From Pedobacter sp. (GTDB lineage: Bacteria > Bacteroidota > Bacteroidia > Sphingobacteriales > Sphingobacteriaceae): 64,000 nucleotides of DNA. The notes beneath the pieces were generated by a model that made no database searches, was not told the origin of the DNA, and saw only the letters and a program-made list of their open reading frames with translations. The stretch covers positions 107,335 through 171,334 of the forward strand of contig NZ_JBKGVD010000006.1 of assembly GCF_046462515.1 (NCBI RefSeq). Direction: 5' to 3'. This document shows positions 38,263 to 46,552 of this stretch, one piece after another. A program made the translations under genes and the position numbers. Position 1 is the stretch's first letter. Each line of letters opens with the position of its first letter.

Positions 38263-39606
38263 ATGCCAGATTCAACAAAATTATCACGTAAGGCTTTTAT
38301 CAGAAATTCGGCATTGACGGTAGCAGGAATGGCCGCAATACCTGATATGCTTTCTGCCAGTGAATTGCCAAAGAAGGAACGCTTAATCAGCTTTTATTCA
38401 GATAAAAAAGATATGGTTTTAAAAAATGTTCGTTTAGAAACGGGTTTTGAATATGATGGAGAAGAAGTTGTAGCTACCAAAACTGATTTGTTCTGCGTAG
38501 AAATTGCGAATGGAAAAATCACAAAAATATATGCGAATAATCCGAGTGCCAATGCTATAGATGCAAAAGGTTTTTTGATGTTACCTGTTTTTAAAGATAT
38601 GCATATCCACTTAGATAAGACATTTTACGGTGGGCCATGGAAAGCGGTGCGAAAAAGACAAGGTGGAGTAAAAGGCATGATTGCTTTAGAGCAGCAAATT
38701 TTGCCTGAGATGCTGAAGACTTCTACCTATCGTGCAGAAAAATTGATAGAACTTCTACAAAAACATGGTTCGGGTTATGCCAGAAGCCATGTAAATATAG
38801 AGCCTACTTCTAAACTCGATTCGTTAAAGAACCTTCAGAAAGCACTTGAAAATAAGAAGAACACTTTTGGCGCAGAACTGGTCGCTTTTCCCCAACACGG
38901 TATTTTTTATACAGATTCTGCGCAACTGATGAAAGAAGCGGCTACAATGGATGTAGATTACATAGGTGGTGTTGATCCTTATACGATTGATGGTAGTGTT
39001 GAGAAGACAATAGATTTTATTGTACAACTGGCATTAGACAGCCATAAAGGCATAGATATCCATCTTCATGAAACAGGAGATTCGGGGTTAAAAACAGTTG
39101 AATACTTAATTGATAAGGTAAATGAAAATCCTGTCTTAAAAGAAAAAACGTTTTTAAGCCATTGCTTTGTATTAGGTCGTTTAGATAAAAATAAACAAGA
39201 GGAAGTGATTGCTAAACTGGGCAATACCAGGATAGGTATTGTATCTACCATACCTTTTGGTAGTTTGATTATGCCTGTACCCTTGTTATATAAACATGGT
39301 GTAAATGTGGCAACTGGTAATGACAGTATTATAGATCACTGGAATACCTGGGGAACCGGAAGTGTATTGCACAAAGCCAATTTAATGGCCCAGTTGTATG
39401 GATATGGTTCTGAGTTTAATCTTTCAAGAAGTTTAAAACTGGCTACTTACAATATATTGCCTTTAGATGATAAAGGTAACCAGCAGTGGCCAAAAGCAGG
39501 TGATGATGCCAGTATGGTACTGGTAGATGCCAGTTGCTCTGCTGAAGCCGTGTCACGTATATCAGAAGTAAAATCGCTGATCTACAAGGGAAATAAAGTA
39601 TTTTAA
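38263..39606 (+). CDS. Metal-dependent amidohydrolase/deaminase (cytosine-deaminase-like, YahJ-like) with a Tat-like signal
   Basis: SRKAFI twin-Arg variant plus hydrophobic stretch; metal ligands in DMHIHLDK, HLHE, SHC and GND. Confidence 0.9.
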   Translation: MPDSTKLSRKAFIRNSALTVAGMAAIPDMLSASELPKKERLISFYSDKKDMVLKNVRLETGFEYDGEEVVATKTDLFCVEIANGKITKIYANNPSANAIDAKGFLMLPVFKDMHIHLDKTFYGGPWKAVRKRQGGVKGMIALEQQILPEMLKTSTYRAEKLIELLQKHGSGYARSHVNIEPTSKLDSLKNLQKALENKKNTFGAELVAFPQHGIFYTDSAQLMKEAATMDVDYIGGVDPYTIDGSVEKTIDFIVQLALDSHKGIDIHLHETGDSGLKTVEYLIDKVNENPVLKEKTFLSHCFVLGRLDKNKQEEVIAKLGNTRIGIVSTIPFGSLIMPVPLLYKHGVNVATGNDSIIDHWNTWGTGSVLHKANLMAQLYGYGSEFNLSRSLKLATYNILPLDDKGNQQWPKAGDDASMVLVDASCSAEAVSRISEVKSLIYKGNKVF

Positions 39607-39612
39607 CTTATA

Positions 39613-40287
39613 ATGAAGAGCCTAACTTTATTTTTGATCTTATTACTTGCAAATGCTTGTTCCAGGCAGGCAAAACCGGTAAACATGAATAAAAACCAGA
39701 AATCGATTATTATAGAGGCGGTAAAAAATAACCGCTTAAAAGAGGTAGAAGCCTTATTGAAGCAAGGGGTTGCTGTAGATGTTCAAAATGAACACCGACA
39801 ATCTTTGTTATTGACAGCTACACAGGCAGGCTATTTTGAAATGGCTAAACTACTGGTGTTTTATGGGGCAGATGTTAACCTTCAGGATGAGCAGTTAGAT
39901 AGCCCGTTTTTATATGCCGGCGCTTCGGGACAAACAGAGTTTGTGAAATTATTTTTGGCAAACGGTGCACGTTTCGATGTGTTTAACCGTTACAATGGCA
40001 CCGCTCTAATTCCTGCCTGTGAAAGTGGGCATTTAGAAACAGTAAAAGTTCTGACCCATACATCAGGTTTCCCTATTGACCATGTTAACCGTTTAGGCTG
40101 GACGGCTCTCATGGAAGCTGTTATATTAGGAAATGGAAGTGAGAAATATCAGCAAATAGTTACTATCTTAGTCAATGCAGGATGTGGTACTGATATTGCT
40201 GATAAAAATGGAGTAACACCTTTACAGCATGCCAGATCGCTGAAATATGATAAAATAGCTAAAATCTTGGAAAGTGCCCGGCATTAA
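39613..40287 (+). CDS. Ankyrin-repeat lipoprotein (YahD-like)
   Basis: Lipobox ANAC; ankyrin repeats GTALIPACESGH, GWTALMEAVILG and GVTPLQHA. Confidence 0.9.
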   Translation: MKSLTLFLILLLANACSRQAKPVNMNKNQKSIIIEAVKNNRLKEVEALLKQGVAVDVQNEHRQSLLLTATQAGYFEMAKLLVFYGADVNLQDEQLDSPFLYAGASGQTEFVKLFLANGARFDVFNRYNGTALIPACESGHLETVKVLTHTSGFPIDHVNRLGWTALMEAVILGNGSEKYQQIVTILVNAGCGTDIADKNGVTPLQHARSLKYDKIAKILESARH

Positions 40288-40330
40288 TTTTTAAGTGAAA
40301 GCCGGTATGACGTTAGACTTCTGTTTTTCT

Positions 40331-41197
40331 ATGGTAGAAAATGTAAATGATAAATCAGATTATTTTCCTGTTTTAGATATACAGGCGTTTAACGAAGGCA
40401 GGATAAAGCGGGATGTGTTGTTTCATGAACTACATGGCGAAAGAACCATAGAAAAACCGCATAAGCATGATTTTTTTATGGTGATCTTATTTGGGCAGGC
40501 AAAAGGTACACACAGTATAGATTTTGTTGAGCACGGGATCACTGATCATCAGATTCATCTTGTTTTTCCTGATCAGGTGCATAAATGGCATATCAAATCA
40601 CAGACTATAGGCTATCAGTTAATGATTAGCAGGGAGTTATTTGAAAGCATATCGCCTTCACTTCGTTTTTCTGCTTCCTATTATCATCAACATCCTGTAC
40701 TCAATATTTCGAGCGAAATTTATGGCAGGTTGTTGTATGAGTTTAAAAATATTCAGAGAGAGCTGAGCGAAGAAAATATTTTTGAAGATCTTGTCAATGC
40801 ACGTATCAGGATCATGATGCTATTAATTAGTAGAGAGGCCCAAAAAATATTCAGTCATTCTCAAACTTATCATTTTAACCCTTTAATAGCTAAGTTTGTA
40901 TTGCTTATAGATAGTTGTTTTAAAAACGAACATTCGGTAGCTTTTTATGCAGGTAAACTAAATATTTCATCAAATTATCTCAATATTATTTGTAAAAAAC
41001 ATTTACAGCTTTCAGCATCGTCTTTAATTCAGAACAGGGTACTGTTAGAAGCCAAACGTTTGCTCAAAGCCTCTAGTTTGTCTGTAAAAGAGATTGTATA
41101 TGAACTTGATTTTTATGATCAGGCCAGTTTTTCCAAATTTTTCAAACTCCACACAGGGATGACACCCTCGCAATTTAGAGGTAATAAAGTGGATTAA
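40331..41197 (+). CDS. AraC-family transcriptional regulator
   Basis: Cupin motif PHKHDFF; C-terminal double HTH FSKFFKLHTGMTPSQFR. Start uncertain (40295-40331). Confidence 0.9.
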   Translation: MVENVNDKSDYFPVLDIQAFNEGRIKRDVLFHELHGERTIEKPHKHDFFMVILFGQAKGTHSIDFVEHGITDHQIHLVFPDQVHKWHIKSQTIGYQLMISRELFESISPSLRFSASYYHQHPVLNISSEIYGRLLYEFKNIQRELSEENIFEDLVNARIRIMMLLISREAQKIFSHSQTYHFNPLIAKFVLLIDSCFKNEHSVAFYAGKLNISSNYLNIICKKHLQLSASSLIQNRVLLEAKRLLKASSLSVKEIVYELDFYDQASFSKFFKLHTGMTPSQFRGNKVD

Positions 41198-41270
41198 TGC
41201 GCTTAGCAGACTTATAATGAAATAAACCAGATAGGTATAGATTTTATTGTTAAAATATTTTGTTTATATG

Positions 41271-41302
41271 TTTGTGTTTAACTGGTAAAAGTTCTATATT
41301 TG
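41271..41302 (+). promoter_or_regulatory. Housekeeping promoter of rplU-rpmA
   Basis: TTTG (41271-74), 20-nt spacer, TATATTTG (41295-302): the Bacteroidota -33/-7 consensus. Confidence 0.7.
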
Positions 41303-41345
41303 CACCTCGAATAAAAATAAATAGAAATAAATTAATTATTTAACA

Positions 41346-41657
41346 ATGTACGCAATAGTAAATATAGCAGGGCAACAGTTTAAAGTTGCAAAAGACCAGC
41401 ATCTTTTTGTGCACCGTTTACAAGGAGATGAAGGCGCTAGTATTGAATTTGACAATGTATTGTTGGTTGATAATGGTGGTAAAATTACCGTAGGTGCACC
41501 TGCAGTAAAAGGAGCTAAGGTTTCAGCTAAAATCGTGTCTCATTTAAAAGGTGATAAAGTAATCGTTTTCAAAAAGAAACGTAGAAAAGGTTACAAAAAG
41601 AAAAATGGTCACCGCCAGTCGTTCACTAAAATTCAAATTGAGAGCATTACGCTGTAA
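41346..41657 (+). CDS. rplU: 50S ribosomal protein L21
   Basis: [14 protein letters not shown]...[19 protein letters not shown]. Confidence 0.99.
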   Translation: MYAIVNIAGQQFKVAKDQHLFVHRLQGDEGASIEFDNVLLVDNGGKITVGAPAVKGAKVSAKIVSHLKGDKVIVFKKKRRKGYKKKNGHRQSFTKIQIESITL

Positions 41658-41712
41658 TTAATTATTGTTAAATTGTAAGTTTAGCTAACTAAGCTTTTAA
41701 AGATAAAATAAA

Positions 41713-42108
41713 ATGGCACATAAGAAAGGAGCCGGTAGTTCAAAGAACGGACGCGAATCGCATAGCAAGCGTTTAGGTATTAAAATTTTTGGTGGTCAGG
41801 AAGCTATAGCTGGAAACATCATTGTTCGCCAACGTGGTACAAAACACCATCCAGATAAAGGTGTAGGCATAGGTAAAGATCATACTTTATTTGCTTTAGT
41901 GCCTGGTATCGTAGTTTTCAAAAAGAAAGTTGATAACAAATCATACGTATCAGTACTTCCTAAAGTAGAAGATGCTGCACCTGTAAAAAAAGCTAAAGCC
42001 GCTGCACCTAAAGCAGAGAAAGCTCCGGCTAAGAAAGCTGCTGCACCTAAAGCAGAAAAAGCTCCGGCTAAAAAAGCTGCTAAAAAAGAAGAAGCTTCTG
42101 CTGAATAA
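41713..42108 (+). CDS. rpmA: 50S ribosomal protein L27 with Ala/Lys/Pro-rich C-terminal extension
   Basis: [39 protein letters not shown]. Confidence 0.99.
   Translation: MAHKKGAGSSKNGRESHSKRLGIKIFGGQEAIAGNIIVRQRGTKHHPDKGVGIGKDHTLFALVPGIVVFKKKVDNKSYVSVLPKVEDAAPVKKAKAAAPKAEKAPAKKAAAPKAEKAPAKKAAKKEEASAE
41995..42072 (+). repeat. Two-copy 39-bp coding tandem repeat in the rpmA tail
   Basis: [13 protein letters not shown] twice; the copies differ only at synonymous positions. Confidence 0.9.
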
Positions 42109-42135
42109 TTAGAAACAGCAACTTAAAATATTACT

Positions 42136-42167
42136 AATCCTTAACCTATATAGGTTAAGGATTTTTT
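42136..42167 (+). terminator. Rho-independent terminator after rpmA
   Basis: Palindrome AATCCTTAACCTATATAGGTTAAGGATT plus T-tract. Confidence 0.85.
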
Positions 42168-42243
42168 ATTTGTATTGGTTTTACATAACAAAAATTTATA
42201 TGGCCAAAAACTAACTTGGTTATATTTGTAAAAACCCGTTTTT

Positions 42244-43434
42244 ATGAACCAGGCCAAATTACTGAGTGCTATTATAGAGAATGCTATTGATGGGATCATC
42301 ACCATTGATGAATTTGGAATTATAGAGCATATCAACCCATCTGCACAAAAATTGTTTGGTTATACCCAACAAGAGCTGATTGGTAAAAATGTATCTGTTT
42401 TAATGCCCGAACCGGATAAAGGATTGCATGACAGTTATATTGCCAATTACCGGAAAACAGGAGAAAAACATATCATTGGCATAGGCAGAGAAGTTACGGG
42501 GCAACGTAAAGATGGTACTACTTTTCCTTTTAGATTAGGTGTTAGTGAAGTGAAATTTACCGACAGACGTATCTTTACGGGTTTTGTTCACGATTTGAGC
42601 CGTCAGAAAGAAGATGAGCAAAAAATAAAGAGCTATACTGAAGAACTGGAAGAAAAGATCAAGGAACGTACAGAAGACCTCATAAGGTCTATCAATGAGC
42701 TTGAACTGGCTAAAGAAAACGTAAGTGCTTTATTTGAGAAAGAAAAGGAGCTCAGCCAGTTGAAAACAAGATTTGTATCTATGGCATCTCATGAGTTTAG
42801 AACGCCTTTAAGCTCTATACAATTATCAGCTTCTTTGATAGACAAATATGCTGAAAAACATGATCTTACAAATGTTGAGAAACATACTTATAAAATAAAG
42901 AATGCAATCAATAATTTAACTACTATCCTTAACGATTTCCTTTCGTTAGAAAAACTTGAAGCAGGTAAAGTTGAAGCTGCCTTCAGCAATTTTGATCTGA
43001 TTGCTTTTGCAGAGGAAATTGTTGAAGAAATGCAATTGATTAGCAAACAGAATCAACTGATTGTTTACCAGCATACCGGAACCAGCTCACAGATATATTT
43101 AGACCCGAATTTATTGAAGAATTGCATCATCAACCTGATTTCGAACGCCATAAAATACTCCGGAGAAAATACCATGATACAATTTAATAGTGTTTTAGAT
43201 AAGGATAAACTAACCATAGAAATAACAGATAATGGTATCGGTATTCCCGATGTGGATCAAAGCAGTTTATTTGAGCCATTTTTTAGAGCGCACAATACGG
43301 GCGATATACCCGGAACAGGTTTAGGGTTAAATATTGTAAAACGCTACGTAGGTTTGATGGATGGCACGGTAGAATGCCTGAGCCGGCAAAACAAAGGAAC
43401 CACATTTACACTCAGCTTTAATTTAAATAATTAA
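42244..43434 (+). CDS. Cytoplasmic PAS sensor histidine kinase, FixL-like heme PAS
   Basis: LMPEPDKGLHDSYI..HIIGIGREVTGQRKDGTTFP; H box SHEFRTPL; N box NLISNAIKY; DNGIG; GTGLGL; no transmembrane helix. Confidence 0.92.
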   Translation: MNQAKLLSAIIENAIDGIITIDEFGIIEHINPSAQKLFGYTQQELIGKNVSVLMPEPDKGLHDSYIANYRKTGEKHIIGIGREVTGQRKDGTTFPFRLGVSEVKFTDRRIFTGFVHDLSRQKEDEQKIKSYTEELEEKIKERTEDLIRSINELELAKENVSALFEKEKELSQLKTRFVSMASHEFRTPLSSIQLSASLIDKYAEKHDLTNVEKHTYKIKNAINNLTTILNDFLSLEKLEAGKVEAAFSNFDLIAFAEEIVEEMQLISKQNQLIVYQHTGTSSQIYLDPNLLKNCIINLISNAIKYSGENTMIQFNSVLDKDKLTIEITDNGIGIPDVDQSSLFEPFFRAHNTGDIPGTGLGLNIVKRYVGLMDGTVECLSRQNKGTTFTLSFNLNN

Positions 43435-43443
43435 TCAGCACAG

Positions 43444-44475
43444 ATGAAAAAGGTATTGATCATTGAAGATAACGACGATATAAGAGAAGGTACTGCCGAG
43501 GTTCTGGAACTTGCCGGGTACCATGCTGTAACAGCCAAAAATGGTAAGATAGGTGTAGATTTAGCGAGTAAGGAATTACCGGATATTATTTTATGCGATA
43601 TCATGATGCCCGAGCTGGATGGTTATGGCGTGCTGTACTTGTTGGGTAAAAATCCGAAACTGGCTAATATACCTTTTATTTTTATGACTGCTAAGGCCGA
43701 AAGGGCAGATATGCGCAAGGGAATGGAAATGGGAGCAGATGATTATATAACCAAACCTTTTGATGATGTAGAACTGTTTAATGCTATAGAAAGTCGCTTA
43801 AAGAAAAAGGGTTTACAGGCAACGCACAAAAGCAATGGCAAGGATCTGGAAACCGTATATCAAGAATTGAAAACAAAAGGTAAAACGCGTCATTACGATA
43901 ACAGACAGGTAATTTATTTGGAAAATGATGAACCGAATTACCTATATTATGTACACAGAGGACAGGTTAAAACCTATAAACGTTTTGATAACGGCAGAGA
44001 ATTGTCGTCAGGGTTATTTAAAGAGGGAGATTTTTTTGGTTATGAGAGCCTGTGCTGTGGCGAGAACTATGCTGATAATGCGGCCACTATGACTGATACC
44101 GAATTGGTTCTGATACCTAAAGCCGATTTCATGGATTACTTGCATAATCACCATGAATTCGCTCATTCTTTTATTCAGCTACTTTCGGGTAATGTGCGTT
44201 TTAAAGAAGAACAGATGCTTAAATTAGCTTATTTTTCTGTGCGTAAACGTGTGGCAGAAGCCTTGATTCAAGTTGCCGAGAAATTGAGGGCTAACCATAA
44301 TGAAGATGAATCTTTATTGAAAATATCAAGAGATGACCTGGCTGCGTTGGTAGGTACGGCAAGTGAAACAGTTAGTCGTATGTTGGCCGATTTTAAAGAT
44401 GAAAAACTGATAGAAAAGCAGGGTAATGCCATCAAAATTCTATCTATAGAAAAATTGAAGAAAATAAAACAATAG
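43444..44475 (+). CDS. Response regulator: receiver domain fused to a Crp/Fnr-type cNMP-binding and HTH domain
   Basis: IEDN, CDIMMP, ADDYITKP; EGDFFG; SVRKRVA; SRDDLAALVGTASETVSRML. Confidence 0.92.
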   Translation: MKKVLIIEDNDDIREGTAEVLELAGYHAVTAKNGKIGVDLASKELPDIILCDIMMPELDGYGVLYLLGKNPKLANIPFIFMTAKAERADMRKGMEMGADDYITKPFDDVELFNAIESRLKKKGLQATHKSNGKDLETVYQELKTKGKTRHYDNRQVIYLENDEPNYLYYVHRGQVKTYKRFDNGRELSSGLFKEGDFFGYESLCCGENYADNAATMTDTELVLIPKADFMDYLHNHHEFAHSFIQLLSGNVRFKEEQMLKLAYFSVRKRVAEALIQVAEKLRANHNEDESLLKISRDDLAALVGTASETVSRMLADFKDEKLIEKQGNAIKILSIEKLKKIKQ

Positions 44476-44482
44476 TTTCAGA

Positions 44483-44887
44483 TTATCTGAAAGGATATTT
44501 AACTAATCCAAAATTGCTCATAGCGCTTTTTTCGTAAAGTGCAACACAGCTGTTATTGTATTTTGCTTCAAAGTTTACTTTACCCGGCATTAATTCATTA
44601 GGTGTGGGTCTTCCTTCCAAAAAGAAATAAACTTTAGTATTGCCATATTTGTTGTGCGGCATCAAGTTACCATAATCAATATACTGTGCATTAAGAGTGT
44701 CTTTTACCGTAACAACAAAAATTCGTTGTACTGGGCCGGTATTGTTTTCGTTCCTGTATTTGATTATTTCTTTAAAGCCTCCCTTTAAGTCTTCAATACC
44801 AGATTGTGTTAAGGTATCTTTAAACATCACAATGGCAATAATCACTATGAGGATCAGCAAAAGGTAACGGTTTCTTCTTGTGTTCAT
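44483..44887 (-). CDS. Membrane-anchored hypothetical protein
   Basis: N-terminal transmembrane helix; YRNENNTGPVQRIF, YGNLMPHNKYG. ATG at 44887. Confidence 0.8.
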   Translation of the reverse strand: MNTRRNRYLLLILIVIIAIVMFKDTLTQSGIEDLKGGFKEIIKYRNENNTGPVQRIFVVTVKDTLNAQYIDYGNLMPHNKYGNTKVYFFLEGRPTPNELMPGKVNFEAKYNNSCVALYEKSAMSNFGLVKYPFR

Positions 44888-45019
44888 AATTAACTTGCGC
44901 AAGTTAATTTATTTATCAAGGATTTAAAAGGCTTCTTTGTTATAAAAACATCATAAAGCATGCTTAACAATTTCAGCATGAAGAAGTTATGGAGCAATAA
45001 ACTATTGTTTAAACTTAGA

Positions 45020-45628
45020 TTATCTTACAATTGTTCTGAAAGTAAGATTAACACGCATAGTATTCACTTTGGTGGTTAAAGGTAAGCGATGAAACCAGTA
45101 ATCCTGAGTTAAACCTTTCATAACCAATATGCTTCCGTGAACTAAATTTAAAGCTATGGTTTCTTTAGTGGCTTTATGTTTAAAGGCAAATTTGCGTTCG
45201 GCACCAAAACTTACAGAAGCAATAGCTCCATGTTTTTTCAAATCTATCTCTTCATCACTGTGCCAAGCCATGCCTTCACTGCCATTGTGATAAAGGTTGA
45301 GCAGGCAGGAGTTATATGTTTCTCCAGTGTGCAACTCAATGATTTTTTTTAGTTTTTTAAGTTCGGGCGTAAAGGTCAGTGCTTTTTTGGTAATCTTGGA
45401 ATAAGTATATTCAAATGCCTGTTCGCCGTACCAGGCCACTTTTCGTTTAGTGGTTAAAAGCTTACCAAATATTAAAGCCTGATCATTTTGCCATTCGATA
45501 TTTTTTAAAAGATAATTAAGATAGAAGTCTGCTTCTTTATCGGTAAAAATCTTGCCGTAATAGTTCACAGTTCCGTCATAAGGCAATAGATTTTTTTCAT
45601 GGTCATAAGTTTCTTCAAATAATTTCAT
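45020..45628 (-). CDS. alkB: AlkB-family 2OG-Fe(II) dioxygenase (ALKBH2/3-like)
   Basis: NSCLLNLY, HSD...H iron triad, RVNLTFR. Confidence 0.92.
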   Translation of the reverse strand: MKLFEETYDHEKNLLPYDGTVNYYGKIFTDKEADFYLNYLLKNIEWQNDQALIFGKLLTTKRKVAWYGEQAFEYTYSKITKKALTFTPELKKLKKIIELHTGETYNSCLLNLYHNGSEGMAWHSDEEIDLKKHGAIASVSFGAERKFAFKHKATKETIALNLVHGSILVMKGLTQDYWFHRLPLTTKVNTMRVNLTFRTIVR

Positions 45629-45637
45629 GGTAAAGAA

Positions 45638-46486
45638 TTATTTCAGATTTTCTGCCTGTGCTTGCTCCCAACCAATTATAGCTGTTTTACGGGTATTGCC
45701 CCACATATAACCTCCAAAATTTCCACTGCTTTGTATAACTCTATGGCATGGAATTAAAAAAGCAATTAGATTACTCCCTATGGCGGTACCTACAGCTCTT
45801 GATGCATTAGGACTACCAATCTCCATAGCTAATTGCCCATAGGTTGAAAGCTTGCCCAGAGGTATTTTTAATAAAGCTTCCCAAACTTTTAACTGAAAAT
45901 CTGTTCCTTTTAGATGAAGTTTAATTTCATTGATTTTATTCCAGTCTTTATGAAAAATCAATAGTGCTTGTTCCTGAAAATCATCTTTTTTTGCAATAAA
46001 TGAAGCATTGGGGAATTTATCTACCAAGAGATTGAATGCTTTGTGTTCATCTTCGTAAAAAGCAATATAGCATATCCCTTTATGTGTTGATGCAATAATG
46101 ATCTGTCCAAAAATACTTTGGCTAAAGCTGTAATTGATTACCAGATTTTTTCCGCCGTTCTTGTATTCGGCAGGAGTCATGCCTTCTATTTTAACAAACA
46201 GGTCATGCAATCTGCTGGTTCCTGATAAACCCGTATCAAAAGCTGTATCAAACAGGGTAGTCTGTTGCTTGTTAAGCAAGCTTTTTGCGTGCTGTAAACT
46301 TACATATTGCAGAAACTTTTTAGGTGTTGTACCAGCCCATTCGCTAAACAACCGTTGAAAGTGAAAAGGGCTTAAATGTACTTTTTCAGCAACCTCATCT
46401 AAGTTAGGTTGTTGTTTAAAATGCTGTTTAATATAGTCAATGGCTTCGGCAATGCGTTGGTAATTAATTTCTTCCTGTGTTTTCAT
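45638..46486 (-). CDS. ada: AraC-HTH / methylated-DNA--protein-cysteine methyltransferase fusion (Ada-like)
   Basis: HTH LSPFHFQRLF; GTDFQLKVW, RAVGTA and the PCHRV active site. Confidence 0.9.
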   Translation of the reverse strand: MKTQEEINYQRIAEAIDYIKQHFKQQPNLDEVAEKVHLSPFHFQRLFSEWAGTTPKKFLQYVSLQHAKSLLNKQQTTLFDTAFDTGLSGTSRLHDLFVKIEGMTPAEYKNGGKNLVINYSFSQSIFGQIIIASTHKGICYIAFYEDEHKAFNLLVDKFPNASFIAKKDDFQEQALLIFHKDWNKINEIKLHLKGTDFQLKVWEALLKIPLGKLSTYGQLAMEIGSPNASRAVGTAIGSNLIAFLIPCHRVIQSSGNFGGYMWGNTRKTAIIGWEQAQAENLK

Positions 46487-46552
46487 TTTTATTCTTGCTA
46501 AAGCAAAATTGGTAATTATATAATTTGAATAAAATCCGAAAATTGCTCTATT

